A stretch of 64,000 bases of DNA from Acidobacteriota bacterium (lineage in GTDB: Bacteria > Acidobacteriota > UBA6911 > RPQK01 > JAJDTT01), in contig OZ242374.1 of the NCBI GenBank assembly GCA_965209055.1, positions 2,592,001-2,656,000 on the forward strand, read 5' to 3'. Under the pieces are notes generated by a model that was not told the origin of the DNA, ran no database searches, and worked only from the letters and a program-made list of their open reading frames with translations. Below, one piece after another: positions 56,365 through 64,000 of this stretch (position 1 is the stretch's first letter; each line of letters starts with the position of its first letter). Made by a program: the position numbers and the translations under genes.

Positions 56365-56657
56365 CGGAGTCACTCTTCCTGGCCCAGCAATCCGGTTCGT
56401 CCTTGACCGGATTCCTCCCGATCCTGCTGCTGGTGGCGATCTTCTACTTCATGCTCTATCGGCCGATGCGAAAGCGGCAGAAGAATCATGAGGAGATGAT
56501 CTCGTCGCTCAAGACCGGCAGCAAGGTGATCACGAGCGGCGGCGTTCATGGAACCGTCGTGGCCGTCAAGGACAATACGGTCATGTTGAAAGTGGCCGAT
56601 CAGGTCAAGATCGAGGTGACCAAGAGCGCCATATCCTCGCGGCAGGTCACCGACTAG
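56361..56657 (+). CDS. yajC: Preprotein translocase subunit YajC
   Basis: IFYFM..RP..KRQK, L..G.KVITSGG.HG. Confidence 0.95.
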   Translation: MTESLFLAQQSGSSLTGFLPILLLVAIFYFMLYRPMRKRQKNHEEMISSLKTGSKVITSGGVHGTVVAVKDNTVMLKVADQVKIEVTKSAISSRQVTD

Positions 56658-56692
56658 TCCGTTTGACCCCGCGGTTTTCAAGCTGAAGCAAG

Positions 56693-58279
56693 ATGAAGAG
56701 GAAACTTCAGTACAGATTGCTCTTCGCCCTGGCCGTCTTCGCGGTCAGCGTCTATTTCTTCTACCCCCCCTCCGAGAAGGTCAAGCTGGGCCTGGACCTC
56801 AAGGGCGGAATACACCTCGTGCTTCAGGTCATCATCGACGACGCTCTCAAGGCGGAGGCGCATCTCCTGAGAGATCGCCTGGCGCGGGCGCTCGAGGATG
56901 AGGAAGCCGCGTTCCAGGAAATCCGGGTCAATCCACAACTGGAGATCGAGATCCTCGGTGTGCCCGAGGAATCGGCCGATGCCGTCGAGGATCAACTGGA
57001 CGGGTATTCGGGGGGCTACAGCTACCGGACCCGGTACAATCAGGGCCGGCAGGACTTCACCCTCGGGATCAGTTCGGCATATCGCAAGGAGTTGGCGAAC
57101 CTGACGGTCCGTCAGGCCCGGGAGACGATCCAAAACCGGGTGGACCAGTACGGCGTCGCCGAGCCCACCATCACCGTTTACGGAAGCGGCGAGGTCCAGG
57201 ATCAGATCATCGTCGAATTGCCCGGAGTCGAAGATCCCGACCGGGTGATCAAACTCATCCGGAGCACGGCGAGGCTGGAACTGAAGCTGGTGCATCCGGC
57301 CCGGGGCGGCCCCTACGGGACTCGACAGGGGGCGGAAGACGCTTTCGACGGCTCGGTCCCGGACGAGTACGAGATTCTGCCCTATCGGAACCCCTCCGAA
57401 ATCGGGAGCCAGACGCAGTACATGGTGGTCCGCAGGGCCGCGACCATCAGCGGCCAGCACATGAAGAACGCCCGGCGAACCCAGGACAGCTTCACGGGGC
57501 GCTGGAACGTCACCTTTTTTCTGAACTCGGAGGGGCGACAGTTGTTTGCGCCCGCCACCGAGCAGAACGTGGGCAATCCGCTGGCCATCGTTCTGGACGG
57601 CGAGATCCGGACCTTTCCCAATATCAGTGAGAAGATCGACACGGAATCGGCCCAGATCACCGGGAACTATACGCCCGAAGAGGCGGAGGATCTGGCGTTG
57701 GTGCTTCGGTCGGGAGCTCTCCCTGCCTCCATCCGGATCATCGAGAACCAGATCATCGGACCCTCTCTGGGGATGGACTCGATTCGGAGCGGCCTGTCGG
57801 CGTCCGCACTGGGACTGCTCCTGGTGATCGTCACGGTCCTGTTCATCTATCGCTTTTCCGGCGTCAACGCCGTGGTCTGCCTGGTATTGAACCTGGTGAT
57901 CCTGGTGGGGGTCCTGGCCTACTTCAGGGCGACGCTGACTCTGCCGGGAATTGCCGGGGTCATCCTCACCATCGGCATGGCCATCGACGCCAACATTCTC
58001 ATTTTCGAGCGGATCAAGGAGGAGCTGCGCCTGGGGAAGACGGTCCGGTCGGGGGTCGAAGCGGCGTTCGGACGCGTCTTCATCACCATTTTGGACACCA
58101 ATATCACGACCTTGATCGGAGCCCTCTTCCTGTTCCAGTTCGGTACCGGACCCATCCGTGGATTCGCGGTGACCCTTTCGGTGGGACTGGTGGCAAACAT
58201 CTTCACCGCGACCTTCGTCTCCCGCACCCTGTTCGGGCTGATTCTCCAGGGTAAACCGCGAGAGTCGCTGTCGATCTGA
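56693..58279 (+). CDS. secD: Protein translocase subunit SecD
   Basis: LGLDLKGG, NRVD..GVAEP, LRSGALP, IGPSLG, LTLPGIAG, DANILIFERIKEE. Confidence 0.97.
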   Translation: MKRKLQYRLLFALAVFAVSVYFFYPPSEKVKLGLDLKGGIHLVLQVIIDDALKAEAHLLRDRLARALEDEEAAFQEIRVNPQLEIEILGVPEESADAVEDQLDGYSGGYSYRTRYNQGRQDFTLGISSAYRKELANLTVRQARETIQNRVDQYGVAEPTITVYGSGEVQDQIIVELPGVEDPDRVIKLIRSTARLELKLVHPARGGPYGTRQGAEDAFDGSVPDEYEILPYRNPSEIGSQTQYMVVRRAATISGQHMKNARRTQDSFTGRWNVTFFLNSEGRQLFAPATEQNVGNPLAIVLDGEIRTFPNISEKIDTESAQITGNYTPEEAEDLALVLRSGALPASIRIIENQIIGPSLGMDSIRSGLSASALGLLLVIVTVLFIYRFSGVNAVVCLVLNLVILVGVLAYFRATLTLPGIAGVILTIGMAIDANILIFERIKEELRLGKTVRSGVEAAFGRVFITILDTNITTLIGALFLFQFGTGPIRGFAVTLSVGLVANIFTATFVSRTLFGLILQGKPRESLSI

Positions 58280-58286
58280 GGGATCC

Positions 58287-59462
58287 ATGGACATCGTCAA
58301 AGAGCCCAAGATCGACTGGCTGCGCAAGAGGTGGCTCTTTCTGGGCATGTCGCTGCTTCTGATCCTGGCCGGATTGGCTTCCATCGTCACGAAGGGCGGG
58401 CTCAAGATGGGCGTCGATTTCGTCGGCGGCACGCTGGTCTACGCCCGCTTCAAGGAGGAGCCCTCACTGGATCGGATCCGGGGAGCTCTGGCGGAGGGCG
58501 GGCTCCGGGCCGAGGGAGTGACCCGGTTCGACGATCTTACCAAGAACGAAGTCCAGATCCGCCTCGCCCGCATCGAAAGTGAAGAGACCGCCGACCTGAT
58601 CCTGGAAAGCGACAACATCGCTCAAGCCCTGCGCCAGGAATACGACTCGGATTCGCAAGGGAAGCTCCGGGTGGACCTCAACAACGTCCCCCGGTCGGAA
58701 CTCTCCACGCGGCTCCAGGAATGGAACCCCGAAGGGTTGCAGGAGGATTCTTCGGCAACGGGCCTTTCCGCCCACTACCAGGAGGTGGCTTCCAGGATCG
58801 TCGATCTCAGGACCAGCGTCGGACTGTTCGGAGACTACTCGGAATTGTCCGAGGCGGGTCTGGGACCGGATACGATCAAGGCGATCGAGGAGAATTCCTA
58901 TCTCGGCAACTTCGTGGTGCTGAGCGTGGAAAGCGTGGGTCCCAAGGTCGGGCAGGAGATGCAGGAGAGGGCCTGGAACGCCGTCTTCTTCTCGCTGCTG
59001 GGCATTCTGGCCTACATCACGATCCGGTTCAAATTCGTGCATGGCCTCGCGGCCATCGCGGCGTTGTTTCACGACGTGCTGATTACCGTGGGCGCCCTGT
59101 CGCTGACGGATCGGGAATTGACATTGACGGTCGTGGCGGCGTTGCTGACCCTGGTCGGCTATTCCATCAACGACACCATCGTCGTATTCGACCGGCTGCG
59201 GGAGAACGAGGTTCGAATGAGGCGATCGAGTTTCTACGATCGCATCAATGCCAGCATCAATCAGATCCTGAACCGTACCATCATGACCTCCGGATCGACG
59301 TTCGTGGCTCTGCTGGCCCTCTTCCTTTTGGGAGGACCGGTGCTCAACAGCTTCTCCTTCGCCCTGGTCATAGGTATAATCGTCGGGACATACTCGTCCA
59401 TCGGCGTCGCCAGCCCCATCGTTTCGGGCTGGCACAAGTTCAGGGAGTCCCGGCGCAATTGA
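58287..59462 (+). CDS. secF: Protein translocase subunit SecF
   Basis: GVDF.GGT, VGPKVG, HDV, GYSINDTIVVFDR.REN, GTYSSI. Confidence 0.97.
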   Translation: MDIVKEPKIDWLRKRWLFLGMSLLLILAGLASIVTKGGLKMGVDFVGGTLVYARFKEEPSLDRIRGALAEGGLRAEGVTRFDDLTKNEVQIRLARIESEETADLILESDNIAQALRQEYDSDSQGKLRVDLNNVPRSELSTRLQEWNPEGLQEDSSATGLSAHYQEVASRIVDLRTSVGLFGDYSELSEAGLGPDTIKAIEENSYLGNFVVLSVESVGPKVGQEMQERAWNAVFFSLLGILAYITIRFKFVHGLAAIAALFHDVLITVGALSLTDRELTLTVVAALLTLVGYSINDTIVVFDRLRENEVRMRRSSFYDRINASINQILNRTIMTSGSTFVALLALFLLGGPVLNSFSFALVIGIIVGTYSSIGVASPIVSGWHKFRESRRN

Positions 59463-59488
59463 GAAAGCGTTTGGGTCGGGTTAGACTC

Positions 59489-59517
59489 TTGACTCGCCAA
59501 AAGGCGGGTAGTAGTAT
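59489..59517 (+). promoter_or_regulatory. Sigma70 promoter of the tonB-exbB-exbD operon
   Basis: TTGACT-N17-TAGTAT. Confidence 0.7.
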
Positions 59518-59582
59518 CTCCGGCGTGTTTTCCGGGGGGAGCTTACCTTAAGATCTTCGGGGCATAGAGAGGGCGGCTGACC

Positions 59583-60344
59583 ATGTTTGATCAACTCATT
59601 GAATCTTCGACGACACGGGAGAGCCGAGGCAAAAGCCTCGTGTTCATGTCCCTGATGATCCATCTGGTCATCGTGGCAATCCTGATCGTGATTCCTCTGA
59701 TCTACTATCAGGGGCTCCCGGAGCAGGAACTCCTGACCATGTTGGCCCCGCCGCCACCGCCACCGCCGCCGCCGCCGCCACCGCCGCCGCCACCGGCGCC
59801 CATCAAGAGACAGCGAGTCCAGGTGGTCAAGTTGGATCCATCCCAGTTCGTTGCTCCGACCGAGGTTCCCAAGGAGATTCCCGTACCCATGGATGACATC
59901 CCCGAGGTGTCCTCTCTGAGCGGTATCACCGGAGGGATCCCGGGCGGTGTTCCGGGAGGCATCCCGGGTGGGATTCCGGGCGGCATGATCGGCGGAGTGA
60001 TCGGTGCGCTTCCTTCAGAGGCGCCGCCACCGCCGCCACCGCCCAAGAAGAAGAAGGATCCGATCCGCGTAGGCGGCAACGTCCAGGCTTCAAGGCTGGT
60101 CCATCGGGTGGAGCCGGAGTATCCCGAGTTGGCCAAACGGGCGCGGGTTTCCGGCATGGTCATTCTGCAGGTCATCGTCAGCGAGGGTGGCTCGGTCCAG
60201 GAAGTCAAGATCGTCCGGGGACATCCCTTGTTGAACGATGCCGCCACTCGTGCAGTGAGACAGTGGCGTTATTCGCCGTACCTGCTCAATGGCGAGCCAA
60301 TTCCGGTCATCGCCACCGTCACGGTGAACTTCGTCCTCAGGTGA
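59583..60344 (+). CDS. tonB: Energy transducer TonB
   Basis: TM with S..IH motif, polyproline tracts, (GGIP)n repeats, P.YP..A..ARV.G.V C-domain. Confidence 0.92.
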   Translation: MFDQLIESSTTRESRGKSLVFMSLMIHLVIVAILIVIPLIYYQGLPEQELLTMLAPPPPPPPPPPPPPPPPAPIKRQRVQVVKLDPSQFVAPTEVPKEIPVPMDDIPEVSSLSGITGGIPGGVPGGIPGGIPGGMIGGVIGALPSEAPPPPPPPKKKKDPIRVGGNVQASRLVHRVEPEYPELAKRARVSGMVILQVIVSEGGSVQEVKIVRGHPLLNDAATRAVRQWRYSPYLLNGEPIPVIATVTVNFVLR

Positions 60345-60412
60345 GGGCGTTTTCTTGAGATCGCTTCGGCGCGAAATCGCAAGTTATTCAGGTCATTGGG
60401 GAGGATAGAAGG

Positions 60413-61090
60413 ATGGAAGTAGGATTTGTCGAGCTTTGGGGCCATATGGGATTCCTGGCCAAGGCGGTCGTTGTCGTTCTGGGGATACAGTCCGTGTGGT
60501 CCATCGCCGTTATGGCCGAACGGTATCTCTTGTATCGGGCGGCCCGGAAACAGTCGCAAGAGTTTGCTCCGGCAGTCGCCGAGAGTCTTGCGAACGGAAA
60601 TATCCAGGAAGCCATCGAACTGTCCGAGGAAAAGAAGAAGAGCCACCTGGCCAAGGTGGTCGCCGCCGGCTTGAACGAGTTCCAGGCGCATCAGGGCTCC
60701 ACGGCTACCATTTCAGGTCAGACCATCGACGCGTCTCGCCGGGCGCTGCAGCGCGCGACGGCGGTCGGAGTCGAAGAGTTCAAACGCGGCTTGGGCGGTC
60801 TCGCCACCATCGGCGCCACCGCGCCGTTCGTCGGACTGTTCGGAACGACGGTCGGCATCATCAATGCCTTCGCCGGCATGAGCCAAGCCGAAGACACGGG
60901 TCTGGCCGCGGTGGCCGGCGGCATCTCCGAAGCCTTGGTGGCGACGGCCATCGGTCTCTTCGTGGCGGTGCCCGCAGTCTGGATGTACAACTACTTCACG
61001 GGGAAGGTCGAATCGTTCGTGGTGGAGATGGACAACTCCTCCTCCGAGCTCATCGACTACTTCCTGAAGAGGAATTCCGATGGCAGTTAG
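60413..61090 (+). CDS. exbB: MotA/TolQ/ExbB proton channel protein
   Basis: LATIG.TAPFVGLFGT..GI, VAGGISEALVATA.GL.VA.PA. Confidence 0.9.
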   Translation: MEVGFVELWGHMGFLAKAVVVVLGIQSVWSIAVMAERYLLYRAARKQSQEFAPAVAESLANGNIQEAIELSEEKKKSHLAKVVAAGLNEFQAHQGSTATISGQTIDASRRALQRATAVGVEEFKRGLGGLATIGATAPFVGLFGTTVGIINAFAGMSQAEDTGLAAVAGGISEALVATAIGLFVAVPAVWMYNYFTGKVESFVVEMDNSSSELIDYFLKRNSDGS

Positions 61091-61514
61091 CGGAATGGGT
61101 CAGAGCGGCGTCAGCGCCGACATCAACGTGACTCCCATGGCCGACATCATGTTGGTCCTCCTGATCATCTTCATGATCACGACCCCGCTGCTGCAGGAGG
61201 GCGTCTTCGTCAACAAGGCGAAGGCCAAGAATGCGCAGGAAGCGGAAGGCGTGGAAGCGGAAGAGGCCACCACGGTGACGGTCACTCGTGATGAACTCAT
61301 CTATATGAACAAGAGGCCGGTTCCGGATGAGAATCTGATCGAGCAGTTGACGGAGCGGGCCGAGCTGGCCGGCGACAGGCCGCTGTTCATCAAGAGCGAC
61401 GTGGCCACGTCCTATGGGCGGGTTGTGCAAGTGATCAACAGCGCCCGGGATTCCGGTTTCCAGAAGATCGGCCTGTTGGTGGACCGGGAAAAGCAGCAGG
61501 AAAGGATATTCTGA
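61080..61514 (+). CDS. exbD: ExbD/TolR family protein 1
   Basis: DINVTPMADIMLVLLIIFM. Confidence 0.9.
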   Translation: MAVSGMGQSGVSADINVTPMADIMLVLLIIFMITTPLLQEGVFVNKAKAKNAQEAEGVEAEEATTVTVTRDELIYMNKRPVPDENLIEQLTERAELAGDRPLFIKSDVATSYGRVVQVINSARDSGFQKIGLLVDREKQQERIF

Positions 61515-61517
61515 GCC

Positions 61518-61928
61518 ATGGCGATGCAAACCGGTGGCAGGGGGGCGATGGGCGACATCAACGTCACGCCGTATATTGACATCCTCCTGGTGCTCCTCAT
61601 CATCTTCATGGTGATTCAGCCCACCACCCAGTACGATCTGGAGGCCAGGGTTCCTGAGAAGGCGCCCGAAGACATCCCGGAAGACGTCATCGTCAAATCG
61701 GACGCCATTGTCGTCTCAATCGATTCCCAGGGACTGCTGCGCATCAACCAGGATCCGGTGACTCTGGACCAGTTGCCCAATCGATTGTTCGACATCTACA
61801 GCGCGCGTGCCAACAAGAACATGTTCATCCAGGGGGACCCGGATCTTTCCTTCGGAGATGTGGTTCGCATCATCGACATTGCAAAAGGGTCCGGAGTCGG
61901 AGATATCGGCCTGATGACGCCGGAGTGA
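61518..61928 (+). CDS. exbD: ExbD/TolR family protein 2
   Basis: DINVTPYIDILLVLLIIFM. Confidence 0.9.
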   Translation: MAMQTGGRGAMGDINVTPYIDILLVLLIIFMVIQPTTQYDLEARVPEKAPEDIPEDVIVKSDAIVVSIDSQGLLRINQDPVTLDQLPNRLFDIYSARANKNMFIQGDPDLSFGDVVRIIDIAKGSGVGDIGLMTPE

Positions 61929-61997
61929 TCGCGCTCCCTCCGGAGCCGGCATCAGGCGGACTCCACGAAACCTGAAAGAGGCAAGGGCAGGTTTGAG

Positions 61998-62801
61998 ATG
62001 AGTCAGATGAGTAGATTCGGATGTGCATTTTTGGCTTTGGGCCTGGCTGCGAGTTCGCTGGGCTGCAACCTTTTCACGCTCCTGGACAAACTCAGCGCCC
62101 GGGACGAACTCAACAAGGGTGTGAAAGCCTATTCCGGTCAAAAATTCGAAGAGGCGGTGACGCACCTCCAGAATGCTGTTGACCTGGACCCGGAGTTGAT
62201 CGACGCCGAGTTGTATCTGGCCACGACCTACCGGGTGCAGTACCAGCCCGGCGGTCAGAGCATGGACAATCTGCAGATGGCCCAGAAGGCCATCCAGATC
62301 TTCGAGAGAGTGCTGGCGAAAGATCCGGGCAATGAGAGTTCCATCGCGAACATTTCCGGTATCTACAACAGCATGGGCGACTACGACATGGCCAAGGAGT
62401 GGTACCGGAAGCAGATGGAAGTCAATCCAAGCAATCCGGAGCCGCTTTACGGAATCGGCACCATCGACTGGCAGCTTTCCTACGACCGGACCGGAATGAC
62501 CGGCGAAAACGTGGAGAATCTGACCGACGAGGAAAAGGCCGAAGTCAACGCCACCGTCGATGAGGGCGTGGAGGCCCTGAGGAAGGCCCTGGAAATCAAC
62601 CCGCAGTACACGGATGCCATGCAGTATCTGAACCTTCTCTACCGGGAGAAGGGCAAGTTGGCTTCTGACGAAGAAGAGAAAAACAACTGGGAGCTGGAAG
62701 CCGACAAGCTGGCCCTGGAGTCTCTCGAGATGAAGAGAATGCAGGAAGAAGAGGCCGAGCGGGCCAAGCGCACATTTACCGGCGCCACCGAGGCCGAATA
62801 A
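61998..62801 (+). CDS. TPR lipoprotein
   Basis: Lipobox SLGC, several TPR units. Confidence 0.85.
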   Translation: MSQMSRFGCAFLALGLAASSLGCNLFTLLDKLSARDELNKGVKAYSGQKFEEAVTHLQNAVDLDPELIDAELYLATTYRVQYQPGGQSMDNLQMAQKAIQIFERVLAKDPGNESSIANISGIYNSMGDYDMAKEWYRKQMEVNPSNPEPLYGIGTIDWQLSYDRTGMTGENVENLTDEEKAEVNATVDEGVEALRKALEINPQYTDAMQYLNLLYREKGKLASDEEEKNNWELEADKLALESLEMKRMQEEEAERAKRTFTGATEAE

Positions 62802-63136
62802 GGGATCCTGCTCAAAGAACTGCTTTCCGGAGATTCCCCGACCGCGATTTCTGCAACGACCGCTGTTCGTGTGCCTGCCGGCGCTGTTTCTTCTTGGCGG
62901 GCGGCGGTCATATTCGCCGCACGTAATCTTCGCTGGCGGCGCGCGGCGCCGGCTGAACCCTCCTTGAACCGGTCCCAACCGGCATCCTCGCCTCAGCCGA
63001 TCACCTCCGGTGCCGGAGATGCCTCTGCGCAGCTTCCTCCTCCGTTCCACATCCGTGCTTGCCGGAACCCGGTTACGCCGCTTTCGTGGGTCTGTATACG
63101 GCGTGCCAAGGTGTTAGAATACCGGGCACAGGCGCC

Positions 63137-64000
63137 ATGATCCGTTACGAGGACTTGGAGGAGAAGGTCCTCAACCACTATCCCAGCGCAGACCTGGAGA
63201 GTCTTCGGAAGGCGTACGTCTTCTCTGCCCGGGAGCACAAGGACCAGGTCCGCCAGTCCGGGGAACCCTATCTTTCCCATCCCCTCGAGGTGGCCAACAT
63301 CCTGGCCGAGATGCGCCTCGATGAAGCCTGTGTCAGCGTCGGCCTGCTCCATGACGTCGTCGAGGACACTCTCACCCCCATCGAGATGATCCATGACTAT
63401 TTCGGCGAAGAGATCAGTCATCTGGTGGACGGCGTCACCAAAATCAGCCGGATTCAATTTTCTTCGCGGGAACAGCGTCAGGCCGAGAACTTCCGGAAAC
63501 TGCTTCTGGCCATGGTGGATGACGTCCGAGTCATCCTGGTCAAGCTGGCCGACCGGCTCCACAACATGCGGACGCTGCAGTATCTGGCTCCGAACAAGCG
63601 GCGCGACATCGCCCAGGAAACGCTCGACATCTACGCTCCGATCGCCCACCGTCTCGGCATGGCCAAGATCCGGGAAGAGTTGGAGGATCTGGCGTTCGCC
63701 AACCTGGACCAGTCCGCCTATCAGGACCTGACCGCCCAGATCGAGCAGAAGAAGATCGACAGCCGGGAGTTCATTCGAGACCTTTCGGCCCGGTTGGTGA
63801 AACAACTGGCGGAGCAGGGCATCAAGGCTCGGATCGAGAGTCGAACCAAGCGCATCTACAGCACCTATCAGAAGATGATGCGCCAGAAGATTCCCCTGGA
63901 TCAGGTCTACGACTTCATCGCCATTCGGGTCCTCGTGGATACGGTCCGCGATTGTTACTCCGTCCTGGGCCTGGTCAACAACCTCTGGCGTCCGGTGCCG
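63137..64000 (+). CDS. relA: Bifunctional (p)ppGpp synthetase/hydrolase RelA/SpoT, 5' part (runs off window; absent from the ORF track)
   Basis: H..Q.R.SGEPY..HP..VA, GLLHDVVEDT, LVDGVTKI, VKLADRLHNMRTL, IYAPIAHRLG, R.KRIYS. Confidence 0.95.
   Translation, partial: MIRYEDLEEKVLNHYPSADLESLRKAYVFSAREHKDQVRQSGEPYLSHPLEVANILAEMRLDEACVSVGLLHDVVEDTLTPIEMIHDYFGEEISHLVDGVTKISRIQFSSREQRQAENFRKLLLAMVDDVRVILVKLADRLHNMRTLQYLAPNKRRDIAQETLDIYAPIAHRLGMAKIREELEDLAFANLDQSAYQDLTAQIEQKKIDSREFIRDLSARLVKQLAEQGIKARIESRTKRIYSTYQKMMRQKIPLDQVYDFIAIRVLVDTVRDCYSVLGLVNNLWRPVP

Noticed and set aside
59745-60045. CCG/CCA and GGCATCCCG-type tandem repeats as a contingency locus
   Set aside because: In-frame coding of TonB polyproline and GGIP linkers with synonymous variation.
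62802-63136. ncRNA or small ORF upstream of relA
   Set aside because: GC-rich hairpins only, no recognisable motif; just an extended -10-like TGTTAGAAT at 63112-63120.

Overview
High-GC bacterial chromosome segment. Gene content points to an Acidobacteriota-like organism (inference): Oar-type TonB-dependent receptor, DUF1501/PSD1 pair, short PheT, secDF-tonB-exbBDD block. The window splits at tRNA-Thr(CGT) (28380-28454). The left ~28 kb is accessory: REP-like palindromes, a HigBA-type toxin-antitoxin pair, orphan SxtJ/DUF5989 genes, sugar-catabolic and Tat-exported enzymes, a YtrA/GntR-ABC operon with two paralogous large permease-like genes, and a rearranged 9.5-13.9 kb locus. That locus holds a diverged tandem repeat unit (amidohydrolase tail + small membrane gene + DUF4143 ATPase 5' end) around an integrase relic and two unannotated ~30-aa hydrophobic peptides. 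The right ~36 kb is mostly core: M16 peptidase pair, ECF sigma module, an S41 protease with degenerate catalytic motifs, hup, tRNA-Val, thrS-infC-rpmI-rplT-pheS-pheT-zapB/zapA-6S RNA-rny-ymdB, uvrA, tgt-yajC-secD-secF, tonB-exbB-exbD-exbD-TPR and the 5' part of relA/spoT. No CRISPR, reverse transcriptase or intact transposase/integrase was seen. All family calls come from motif recognition by eye, not database searches, and identities are hand counts.
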